Of a stretch of DNA of 64,000 nucleotides, positions 46,843-55,491 are shown one piece after another. A program made the position numbers and the translations under genes. The stretch comes from Longimicrobiales bacterium (GTDB lineage Bacteria; Gemmatimonadota; Gemmatimonadetes; Longimicrobiales; Gaopeijiaceae), in the NCBI GenBank assembly GCA_965202805.1, contig OZ241869.1:3648001-3712000 (forward strand), in the 5' to 3' direction. Under the pieces are notes generated by a model. The model did no database searches, was not told the origin of the DNA, and worked only from the letters and a program-made list of their open reading frames with translations. Every line of letters starts with the position of its first letter. The stretch's first letter is position 1.

Positions 46843-46930
46843 GCGAGCCGGATGGGAGGAATCGAACGATTCGGTCGTACCAAATTGGAGGACACTCCGA
46901 AAAAGTCAACCCAAGACGGAGCTATCCGAT

Positions 46931-47707
46931 CTACACGCCCGCCCCGTCCCATTCGGCCAGCAGGATGGCGTTGGCGAAGGCGTAGGGGCTGCCGTACCGG
47001 CAGCGGACGGCCTCGGCGCGGGATACCTGGCGCCAGTGCCGGCCCGGGAACCGCTTGAACCAGCTCGCGCGATCCCAGCCCAGCTCGCCGTTGGCGATCA
47101 TGGCGTCCAGGGCGGGGTTGTAGCCGAGCGGCACCGTGATGGCAAGGAGTCCGCCCGGCGCGAGCAGGCTGCGGCATCGGTCCAGTGCGGCACTCACCTT
47201 GGTGGCGACCGCCTCGCGCGCCGGAGCTTCCCCGGGCTCATCGAAGGCAATGTGCTCGAAGGTCGAGATCGAGAGGATCAGCTCGAAGCGCTCGGCGGGC
47301 GCGAAGTCCACGATGTCGATCCGGAGCGATCCCGGCTCGTACTTGTCCACGACGAGGTGGCCGCCCTGGAAGTAGTGCGGGGTGACGTGACCCACCTCCA
47401 GCAGCCGCTCGGGCCGGACATCCGCCATGAGCGCGCGCGCCAATGCAAGTTCGACGCAGCGCTCGTTGGCCCAGGTCACGTTGTGGCGGGCGTAGACCAG
47501 GGGGAGGGACGCGCCCCGGTACTCGACGGAGCGTTCCCTGAGCAGGGGGATGATCAGCGGGGCGAGGACCTGGCGGGCCGGCTTGAGGAAGACCTGGGCG
47601 AGGCCGAACCGGCGGATGAACCAGCGGACGCCGCCCGCCCGCCGGACCCAGCCGGAGAGGGATGGTGCCGCCCGCCGGGTCTGCGCCGGTTTGTGCGGGG
47701 GAGTCAC
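46931..47707 (-). CDS. Putative class I SAM-dependent methyltransferase-like protein (DUF268-like)
   Basis: NERCVE, LLEVG, VDKYE, FELILSISTFEHI, LLAPGGLLAITVP. Confidence 0.55.
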   Translation of the reverse strand: MTPPHKPAQTRRAAPSLSGWVRRAGGVRWFIRRFGLAQVFLKPARQVLAPLIIPLLRERSVEYRGASLPLVYARHNVTWANERCVELALARALMADVRPERLLEVGHVTPHYFQGGHLVVDKYEPGSLRIDIVDFAPAERFELILSISTFEHIAFDEPGEAPAREAVATKVSAALDRCRSLLAPGGLLAITVPLGYNPALDAMIANGELGWDRASWFKRFPGRHWRQVSRAEAVRCRYGSPYAFANAILLAEWDGAGV

Positions 47708-48861
47708 GATGGCGGCCGGGGTGCGGGGGAAGCGGCCGGCCGGACCAGCCGGAACACGCTGGCGAGCGCGTGCAGAAAGCGCAACGCTTCGGACGCCTTG
47801 CGCAGCAGGGAGGTGCGCTCGCCCCCCGAGGAATGGGCGAACAGGCCGGTGATCGTGGTGGTGACGTCGGCGCCGGGCGGGAAGACCCGTCCCAGCTTGA
47901 TGGTCTGGGTGTAGGGGAAGAGCTGGTCCCCGGCGCCGTGCAGGAGGCGCACCGGAACGTTCACGCGGGCCAGGTACGGTACGGGGTTCAACTCCGGGAT
48001 GCGTGCCATCACCCCGCCCAGGCCCTCCGCCAGGCGCGCGCCCCCGACCGGGTCGGGGAGGCAGCCGGTGGGGGGCGCCAGCACCTCGAACAGCGACCGC
48101 TCCCCGGCGTCGAGGCCCTCGGCCAGGCGCTGCCGCACGGGTTCCATCCCGGGGTCGGTGGCCAGCAGGTCGTTGTCGCCGGTGTAGGCGGCGAGTGCCC
48201 GCAACGCCTCCGCCACCCTTCCGGCGCGCTCGTGCCCCGGGATGCGATGGAGATAGTTGGCGCCCACGACCCAGCGTGCGTACGGGTCGGGGGCGAGCGA
48301 TTCCTCCCTGCCGTCGAGTTCGTGGACCCCCGTGAACTGGAAGCGGGCCGATTCCTCAACCGAACAGTAGCCGCCGAACGCCACCACCCCGGCGATGCGC
48401 CCGGCCAGCGACGGGTCGGCCGCGGCGACGATGACCTGTGGCGCGCCGAAGGAGAACCCGACCAGCCCCACCTGCCGTGAGGCGAGCTCCGGCCGCCCCT
48501 CCAGGGCCTCCAGAGAGGCCGCGACGGTGGAGGTGGTGGCCTCGGTGGAGAGCCGGATGTCCCGCCACTCCGGGATCTCGGGCACCAGGACCGCCTGGCC
48601 GGTCGACGCAACCGCGCGCGCAAATCGGACCAGGTAGGGGTGGTCGCGGCCCGAGCGGGTGATTCCGTGCAGGACCACCCAGACGGGAGCCCGCTGCCGC
48701 CGTCCCGCGTGCGCCCGCCGAACCGTGGCGCGGGGCAGGAGCAGGGAAGCGGGGAGCCGGCGCCCGTCGCGCTCGATGTGGATCTCACGCTCCACCACGG
48801 GGGCCCAGCCTGTCATGAAGCTGCGTGAGAAGCGGAGTGCGGGCCCGTATCCGGAGGTCAT
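47704..48861 (-). CDS. Alpha/beta hydrolase
   Basis: VLHG, nucleophile elbow GFSFG, LLHGAGD, FAH. Confidence 0.7.
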   Translation of the reverse strand: MTSGYGPALRFSRSFMTGWAPVVEREIHIERDGRRLPASLLLPRATVRRAHAGRRQRAPVWVVLHGITRSGRDHPYLVRFARAVASTGQAVLVPEIPEWRDIRLSTEATTSTVAASLEALEGRPELASRQVGLVGFSFGAPQVIVAAADPSLAGRIAGVVAFGGYCSVEESARFQFTGVHELDGREESLAPDPYARWVVGANYLHRIPGHERAGRVAEALRALAAYTGDNDLLATDPGMEPVRQRLAEGLDAGERSLFEVLAPPTGCLPDPVGGARLAEGLGGVMARIPELNPVPYLARVNVPVRLLHGAGDQLFPYTQTIKLGRVFPPGADVTTTITGLFAHSSGGERTSLLRKASEALRFLHALASVFRLVRPAASPAPRPPS

Positions 48862-49070
48862 GTCTGCAAGTTAGCTTGTTTTCGCGGACGGTCGCATCAT
48901 TCTTCGGCACGACCTTGCCGCGTGGGCCGCCCGGCGCGGCCAGGCACCGACCGAGTCTCCGATATCGAGCCCATGAAGCCAGGCCATCTTCACGTTGTGC
49001 CGGTCCGGCGCGCGCCCAACACCATCGGCGGCGAGCCGGGGTCGGCCACCCGTTCCAACCGGACGGACCG

Positions 49071-50375
49071 GTGATCCGGCTCCCGGTCCGTTCCGGGGCC
49101 GCCCGGCGCAGCGAACCGGCCAGGTCCACCGTCTGGTTCCATACCTTCGGGTGCCGGGCCAACCAGTACGACACCGAGCGCATGCGCCAGGAGCTGGAGC
49201 TCGGGGGTGCCCGCGCCGTCGCCCGTCCGGGGAAGGCGGATGCGCTGGTGGTGAACACCTGCACGGTCACCAACCGGGCGGATGCGGAGGCCCGCCGTCT
49301 GGTGCGCCGCCTGCGGCGGGAGAACCCGGGAGCCCGCATCGTGGTGGCCGGTTGCTCTGCCGCACTGCGCGAGGACGACTACCGGAGCATGCCGGAGGTG
49401 GACGGGGTGGTGCCGGGGCAGGATTCCCGCGCGCTGGCGAGTCAGCTGGCGACGCTGGATCGCGCGTTCGGCCCGCCGTCGGCCGAAGACGGCCCCCTGC
49501 TGCGCAACGCGAGGGGCACCCGTGCCTGGCTCAAGGTTCAGGACGGGTGCGACCGCAAGTGCTCGTTCTGCGCGACCCGGCTGGCGCGCGGCGCTTCCGT
49601 CTCGCGCCCGTCCGCCGACGTGGTGAAGGAGGCCCGGGCGCTGGCGCGCGTTCACCCCGAACTCGTGATCACCGGCATCCACATCGGGCACTACGGCCGG
49701 GATCTGGAGCCGCGCACCACGCTGGCGGAGCTGTGCGCGCTCCTGCTGGACGCCGTGCCGGCCCGCATCCGGCTCTCATCGATCGAGGCCACGGAGATCG
49801 ACGACGCCCTGCTGGCGCTGCTCGCCGATTCGGGGGGGCGTCTGGCCCCTCATCTCCATGTTCCCATGCAGAGCGGCTCGGACAGGGTGCTGCGGCTCAT
49901 GCGGCGATGGCACACGCGCGCGGCCTACCGCAACCGGGTCCTCGAAATCGCCGAACGGATGGGACCGCTGGGCCTCGGCGCCGACATCATCGTCGGTTTC
50001 CCCGGCGAGGGAGAGGCGGAGTTCGAGGAGACCCGCGCGCTGGTCGAAGAGCTCCCGTACACCTACCTGCACGTGTTCCCGTTCTCCGTCCGTCGGGGCA
50101 CCGCGGCCGCGAAGCTGCCTGGCCGCGTGCCGGGCGATGTCGCGGCGGCTCGCTCCAGGGTGCTCCGGGACATGGCTCTGGCGAAGAACGAGCGCTACCG
50201 GCGCAGCCGGGCGGGGAGCGTTGCGGACATCGTGGTGGAGGGATCGAGGGAGCGGATCGCCGGCGTCACCGGCGACTATCTGCGCACCCGCATCGACGGG
50301 CAGGCCACGCCGGGAGATCGCTTTCACTCCGTGCTGGAGCTCCGCGACGGGGAACTGGTCGCCGCAGTGAGCTGA
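49071..50375 (+). CDS. mtaB: tRNA t6A37 methylthiotransferase MtaB (radical SAM)
   Basis: TFGCRANQYD, NTCTVT, AGC, KVQDGCDRKCSFC, ITGIHIGHYG, HVFPFSVRRGT. Confidence 0.85.
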   Translation: MIRLPVRSGAARRSEPARSTVWFHTFGCRANQYDTERMRQELELGGARAVARPGKADALVVNTCTVTNRADAEARRLVRRLRRENPGARIVVAGCSAALREDDYRSMPEVDGVVPGQDSRALASQLATLDRAFGPPSAEDGPLLRNARGTRAWLKVQDGCDRKCSFCATRLARGASVSRPSADVVKEARALARVHPELVITGIHIGHYGRDLEPRTTLAELCALLLDAVPARIRLSSIEATEIDDALLALLADSGGRLAPHLHVPMQSGSDRVLRLMRRWHTRAAYRNRVLEIAERMGPLGLGADIIVGFPGEGEAEFEETRALVEELPYTYLHVFPFSVRRGTAAAKLPGRVPGDVAAARSRVLRDMALAKNERYRRSRAGSVADIVVEGSRERIAGVTGDYLRTRIDGQATPGDRFHSVLELRDGELVAAVS

Positions 50376-50556
50376 GCCTCACGCGCCCTCTCATCAGCCG
50401 AACGCGGCAGGCACCTGCGCGTGCTCCGCCGCCGCGCACCGAATCCGCCTCCGCTGCTCGAGCGAGGCAACCCTTTCGAACCCGGGCATCATCTTCTCCA
50501 TCGGGAGCGCGCCGGATTCACCGGGAGCGCGCTGGACGCGGAGACGAGGAGGGGGG

Positions 50557-53010
50557 ATGAGGCCCGGGAGTGTGATTTCAAGGAGGCTGCCGGACGTCCT
50601 GTGGTTCGGTCGGGCGCTGGCCCTGATTGCGGCAGGTCTCGGGTGGGGCGCCGGTCCGGCCGCGGCCCAGGTCGACCTGGTGGGCACGGTACGGGATTCG
50701 GCCAGCAACGAGGTGCTGCCCAACGTGCTGGTGTCCGTGGACGACCACGCGTTCCGGGCATTCACCAACGAGTTCGGCCGATTCGTGCTGATCGGCCTGC
50801 CCGCGGAGACGAACCGCGTCCTGCGGGTGGAACACCTCGGCTACGAGACCCGGGAGATCGCGCTCGACGCCGATGCCGCCCGCGAGCTTTCGGTGTTGCT
50901 CGTGCCGCGCGCCATCGAGATCGACGGCGTGACCGTCACCGCCACCACCGCGACCGATATCGTCGCGCGGGGGGAGGCGGCCGGGCAGATCGCGCTCTCG
51001 CCCCAGCGGCTGGGGACGCTGCCCTCGCTGGGGGAAACCGACGTCTTCCGAGCGCTTCAGCTTCTTCCCGGCGTGAGCGGCACCAACGACGCCACCTCCG
51101 GCCTCTTCGTGCGCGGAGGCACGCCGGACGAGAACCTCGTGCTTCTGGACGGGATGACGGTCTACCACGTGGACCACTTCTTCGGGGTGTTCAGCGCATT
51201 CAATCCGGATGCCGTGCAGGATGTCCGCCTCTTCAAGGGCGGCTTCCCCGCGCAGTACGGCGGGCGAACCTCGAGCGTCGTCGAGATGGTCGGCAAGTCG
51301 GGCAATCCGGAAGAGTTCCGGATGTCGGGCGGGCTCAACCTGCTGAGCGCACGGGCGGTAACCGAAGTTCCGCTGGGCGGGAAGGGGTCGTGGCTGGTCT
51401 CCGCGCGCCGGTCGTACACCGATCTCATGCGCACCGGCCTGTACAACGACATCTTCGGAACGCTGGAGGGAGCCGACGACGCGGATGCCGGAGCGCAGGG
51501 GCCGGGTGGAGGGTTTGGGGGAGGCGGTTTCGGCCGCTTCGGCAACTTCCAGCAGCAAACCTTCGAGCCCGACTTCTACTTCTACGACCTGAACTCGAAG
51601 CTCACCTTCCTGTCTACCTCGGAAGACGTCCTCACGCTCTCCGTCTACGGCGGGGAGGATCGCCTCGACAAGTCGACCCTGGGACAGGAGATCACGACCC
51701 CCGCGGGCGACACCCGGCTCACGGCGGACCGCGCCGACCTCTCCAACTGGGGCAACCGCGGCGTGAGCGGGCGCTGGGCCCGGCAGTGGGGCAGCCGGCT
51801 CGCAACGGACGCCCTGGTGGCATACTCGCAGTATTTCTCCGAGGCGACCCTCGACGTGGCCTCCTCGCAATTCGCACGCGGGTTCGACGAAGACAACCGT
51901 GTGAAGGATCTGACGGCCCGCCTGGACAACACCTGGCGGCCCTTCCCGTCCTCCGAGATCGGGTTCGGGGCTCAGTTCACCCGCAGCGACGTGGCCTACG
52001 CGCTGACCCGGCTGCGGGGCGACTCGGCCCAGACCCTGAACCTGGACGGCGAAAGCAACCTGACGGCCGGATACGTCCAGCATTCCTGGACTCCTTCCGC
52101 GCGCGTGGACCTGACGGCGGGGCTCCGGATGACCAGCTACGACGGGACCGGCCAGAGGTACTGGGAGCCGCGCGCGTCGGCCCGCTACTCCCTCACCGAT
52201 CAACTCTCCCTGACCGGAGCCTGGGGCCGCTACAACCAGTTCGTGAAGCGGGTCGAGAACGAGGACATCCTGGAGGGGAGCCGCGACTTCTGGATTCTCG
52301 CCGGAGACAACATCGCGCCGTCGTCCGCCGAACACTGGATCGCGGGCATCGGCTACGAGACCGACGACTACCTTTTCGACGTCGAGGCCTACGCCCGTGA
52401 CCTGGGGGGCGTCGCGCAATTCTCCACCCGTTCACGGCGGGCACCCGGTCAGCGGCTGGCGGAACTCTTCTTCGAGGGCACCGGAACGGCCCGCGGCATC
52501 GAGCTGCTGGCGCAGAAGAAGCGCGGCGCGCTCACCGGCTGGCTTGGCTATACGCTCGCGAACGTCGAACACGAGCTCAAGGGGTTCAACGACGGGCTTC
52601 CGTTCCCGGCGAGCCACGACCAGCGCCACGAGGTCAAGGCGGTCGGCAGCTACCAGCTGGGCCGCTGGACGCTGACCGGCGGATGGGTCTACGGGTCGGG
52701 CAGGCCGTACACGGTGCCCGAAGCCCAGTACCCGATCACGCTGCTGGACGGGCGCACGCTCAGCTACATCCACGTCGGCGCGAAGAACGGCGAGCGCCTG
52801 CCCGCCTATCACCGCCTCGACCTGGCGGCGAGCCGCCGCTTCGAGGTGGGGGAGTTCTACTACGAGCTGAACCTCTCGCTCTTCAATGTCTCCGGCCGCA
52901 ACAACGTGTGGTATCGCCAGTTCGACCTGACGGACCTGCCCATGCTGGTCACGGACGTCACAACGCTCGGATTCACGCCCAGCATCGGGCTTCGCGCCGG
53001 CTTGCGGTAG
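50557..53010 (+). CDS. TonB-dependent receptor with N-terminal CarboxypepD_reg domain
   Basis: Signal peptide; GETDVFRALQLLPGV, VRGGTPDENLVLLDG, GGFPAQYGGRTSSV, RLPAYHRLDL. Confidence 0.9.
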   Translation: MRPGSVISRRLPDVLWFGRALALIAAGLGWGAGPAAAQVDLVGTVRDSASNEVLPNVLVSVDDHAFRAFTNEFGRFVLIGLPAETNRVLRVEHLGYETREIALDADAARELSVLLVPRAIEIDGVTVTATTATDIVARGEAAGQIALSPQRLGTLPSLGETDVFRALQLLPGVSGTNDATSGLFVRGGTPDENLVLLDGMTVYHVDHFFGVFSAFNPDAVQDVRLFKGGFPAQYGGRTSSVVEMVGKSGNPEEFRMSGGLNLLSARAVTEVPLGGKGSWLVSARRSYTDLMRTGLYNDIFGTLEGADDADAGAQGPGGGFGGGGFGRFGNFQQQTFEPDFYFYDLNSKLTFLSTSEDVLTLSVYGGEDRLDKSTLGQEITTPAGDTRLTADRADLSNWGNRGVSGRWARQWGSRLATDALVAYSQYFSEATLDVASSQFARGFDEDNRVKDLTARLDNTWRPFPSSEIGFGAQFTRSDVAYALTRLRGDSAQTLNLDGESNLTAGYVQHSWTPSARVDLTAGLRMTSYDGTGQRYWEPRASARYSLTDQLSLTGAWGRYNQFVKRVENEDILEGSRDFWILAGDNIAPSSAEHWIAGIGYETDDYLFDVEAYARDLGGVAQFSTRSRRAPGQRLAELFFEGTGTARGIELLAQKKRGALTGWLGYTLANVEHELKGFNDGLPFPASHDQRHEVKAVGSYQLGRWTLTGGWVYGSGRPYTVPEAQYPITLLDGRTLSYIHVGAKNGERLPAYHRLDLAASRRFEVGEFYYELNLSLFNVSGRNNVWYRQFDLTDLPMLVTDVTTLGFTPSIGLRAGLR

Positions 53011-53022
53011 AGGAGAACGACC

Positions 53023-53850
53023 ATGAGGAATAGAATCGCATCATTGTTCAGCGCCGTTCTGACCGTGGCCGCGGCCAGCGCCTGCGACGACGATCTCGCC
53101 TTCGCGCCGGAGACGCCGGACACCTTCGTCGTGCAGGCCTTCCTGTTCGCCGGGGAGCCGGTCACCGAGGTTACGATGACGGGGGTGCTCGCCATCGACG
53201 CCGATTCCACCGCCGTGGCCGCCCCGATCGCGGACGCGCGCATCGCGGTCATTCGCGACGGCGCACGGTTCGATCTGGTTCCCACCGAGGGCAAGCCGGG
53301 CCGGTATCACTATCCCGGCGACGACCTGCTGGTCGAAGTCGGAGATGTCTTCGCCCTGGAGGCCTCCCACGGCGATCGCACCGCGACCGCGGAGACGGTG
53401 GTTCCGGTCCCGCCGCAGGGGCTGTCGCTGTCCGCGACCGTCCTGGCGCCCCCGCAGTTCGGCAACCGGGGCGGCGGCTTCCAGCCCGGTGCGGACGAGG
53501 GGCTGATGGCGCGCTGGGAGAACTCCGCCAGCGCACTTCACTACGTCGTGGTCGACAACGTCGAGGCGGATCCGACGCCCTTTGCCGAGAGCCCGTTCGG
53601 GGGAGGGTTCGCCCGGCGTCTCGTCCAGCGCCCGACCGCGGGCGACAGTGCGCTCGTCAGCGCTCGTTCGCTCTCGTACTTCGGCAGCCATCGCGTGAAG
53701 CTCTATCGAGTCAACCAGGAGTACGCCGATCTGTACGAGGGCCTCAACCAGGATTCCCGGGACCTCAACGAACCCCCGTCGAACGTGCGCGGCGCGCTCG
53801 GCGTGTTCTCGGCGTTCAGCGCCGACAGCGCCTTCTTCGAAGTGCGGTGA
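53023..53850 (+). CDS. DUF4249-family lipoprotein (TBDR partner)
   Basis: Lipobox ASAC; C-terminal PSNVRGALGVFSA; directly follows the TBDR. Confidence 0.75.
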   Translation: MRNRIASLFSAVLTVAAASACDDDLAFAPETPDTFVVQAFLFAGEPVTEVTMTGVLAIDADSTAVAAPIADARIAVIRDGARFDLVPTEGKPGRYHYPGDDLLVEVGDVFALEASHGDRTATAETVVPVPPQGLSLSATVLAPPQFGNRGGGFQPGADEGLMARWENSASALHYVVVDNVEADPTPFAESPFGGGFARRLVQRPTAGDSALVSARSLSYFGSHRVKLYRVNQEYADLYEGLNQDSRDLNEPPSNVRGALGVFSAFSADSAFFEVR

Positions 53851-53870
53851 CGATGTCCTCAACGCCTTCC

Positions 53871-53918
53871 GGACCGAGCCGGGAACGGTTCCGCGGGCGG
53901 CGTTCCGGGCTGCGGTCC
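53871..53918. other. GC-rich imperfect hairpin after the DUF4249 gene
   Basis: GGACCGAGCCGGGAACG...CGTTCCGGGCTGCGGTCC with one bulge and one mismatch; no U-tract. Confidence 0.35.
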
Positions 53919-53965
53919 CCGCGGGCAACCTTGTCGCGCGCCACAGGATACGTCCATCATTAGGA

Positions 53966-55468
53966 ATGAAGGGACTGCTGATGCTCCTGATGTCTGCGGC
54001 GTCCGCACCCGCAGCGCTGGCCGGACAGGAGGAAGCTGCCGTCATCCGCCAGGTGCCGCGCTGGTCGGTGGAGGGCAGCCTGGGCTCGCGCCTGGTGGGA
54101 ACCCTCTACGACGAGTTCGTCACCCGCCAGACCCTCGCCGACCTCCCGAGCCAGACGCGATGGACGGAAACCACCGGCCTGGGGCCGGAGGCACGGGTGG
54201 TGCTGCGCCACAATCCCGTCGGAGGCGCGGGGCTCTACCTTGCGCTCCTCGCCGGCCGCTCGGGAACGGTCGCGCGCTATTCCGGTGCGCTCTCGCCGCC
54301 CGAGGACATCTCGCGGAGCACGAACTACTGGGGCGTCGGATTCGGCCTCGGCATGAAGCTGTCGGAGTGGGACCGGGGGCGGGGCGTGCTGGCGTACAGC
54401 CTGGGAACCGTCGCGCTCACGCAGATCATCGACCTCTCCTCCGGGCATCGCAACGCGTTTGCGCAGATGGAAGCGTACCATCCCGGGGCGGAGATCCAAT
54501 GGACTTCGCGCAAGACCACGTCGTGGGGACTGGATCTGGGGGCATCCGTGCGTGTGCCCATCGGCGAGAGCTCCGCACTCCGCTTCTCTTTCCGCGACCT
54601 GGTGATTCCGGTCAACACCGCCCAGCTCGCGGCCCAGGAGCGGAACGACGTCAGGTCGATCTCGAGCGAGCGGGTCACCTTCAGCCTGGCGCCGTTCACC
54701 GCCCACCAGTTCAGCCTGAGCGCCGGCTTCGAGTACGTCGTTTCCCGGGGCGACCCGCGGCGGGACGTGGTGCGGGTGCTGCCGGAGCGCGTCGATGTCG
54801 CGGTAGTCGACCCGGCGGTCGAGGCCGCGCTGGCCATCGCGGTGGCGGGGGATACGGCGCGGGCGATCGCCTCACTGGAACAACGTGTCGCGCTGGTGCC
54901 CCGGGACGGCCTCGCATGGCGGGAGCTGTCGCTGCTGCAGGCGCCCCGCGCCGAGTTCGATCCCACGGTGCGCGACCGGACGCTGGCCAATCTCGAACGT
55001 GCGCTGAACATGAATCCCGGGGACACGGAGCTGTTGCGGGCGTACGGCCGCATCCGCGGCATGGTGCAGCGGGAGGGGCGGGTGCCGGAAGCCGTCGAGG
55101 TGCGCAGGCTCGAGCTCTCCCGTCTCGTGGTTCAGAGCGGGGACGACGGAAGCCTGCGGCTGTCCGGGGCCGCGCGCGGGCTCGGGCCCGACCCGCAGGG
55201 GGTCTACCGCTACGCGATCACCGTGGAGGTGTTCGATGCCGATGGCACCATGATGCGCGTCCGGCCCGGACTGGACGAGGCCCGGGTGGATCCGGAAGGA
55301 CGCCTCGTTCTCGAGCGAGACGGGGATCGGCTTCCCCTGGCGCTCGCCCTGGACCTCTTCCTCGTTCAGCCCGAACCCGGTATCCATTCGGTCCGCCTGA
55401 GACTGACCGATCTGGAGTCGGGGGCTACGGTTGAGACCAGCGAGGGCTTCGAGGTGCCGGGGAGCTGA
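53966..55468 (+). CDS. Exported hypothetical protein (barrel-like N-terminus, TPR-like middle, Ig-like C-terminus)
   Basis: Signal peptide; amphipathic strands ending LSAGFEY; AIASLEQ..ALVPRD..AW...LERALNMNPGD; PGIHSVRLRLTDLESG. Confidence 0.55.
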   Translation: MKGLLMLLMSAASAPAALAGQEEAAVIRQVPRWSVEGSLGSRLVGTLYDEFVTRQTLADLPSQTRWTETTGLGPEARVVLRHNPVGGAGLYLALLAGRSGTVARYSGALSPPEDISRSTNYWGVGFGLGMKLSEWDRGRGVLAYSLGTVALTQIIDLSSGHRNAFAQMEAYHPGAEIQWTSRKTTSWGLDLGASVRVPIGESSALRFSFRDLVIPVNTAQLAAQERNDVRSISSERVTFSLAPFTAHQFSLSAGFEYVVSRGDPRRDVVRVLPERVDVAVVDPAVEAALAIAVAGDTARAIASLEQRVALVPRDGLAWRELSLLQAPRAEFDPTVRDRTLANLERALNMNPGDTELLRAYGRIRGMVQREGRVPEAVEVRRLELSRLVVQSGDDGSLRLSGAARGLGPDPQGVYRYAITVEVFDADGTMMRVRPGLDEARVDPEGRLVLERDGDRLPLALALDLFLVQPEPGIHSVRLRLTDLESGATVETSEGFEVPGS

Positions 55469-55491
55469 CCGCGGATTCCCGGTCCCGTGAG

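Noticed and set aside
50376..50556. Possible riboswitch upstream of the TonB receptor
   Set aside because: No cobalamin, TPP or other conserved riboswitch core was recognisable; an Rfam scan would settle it.
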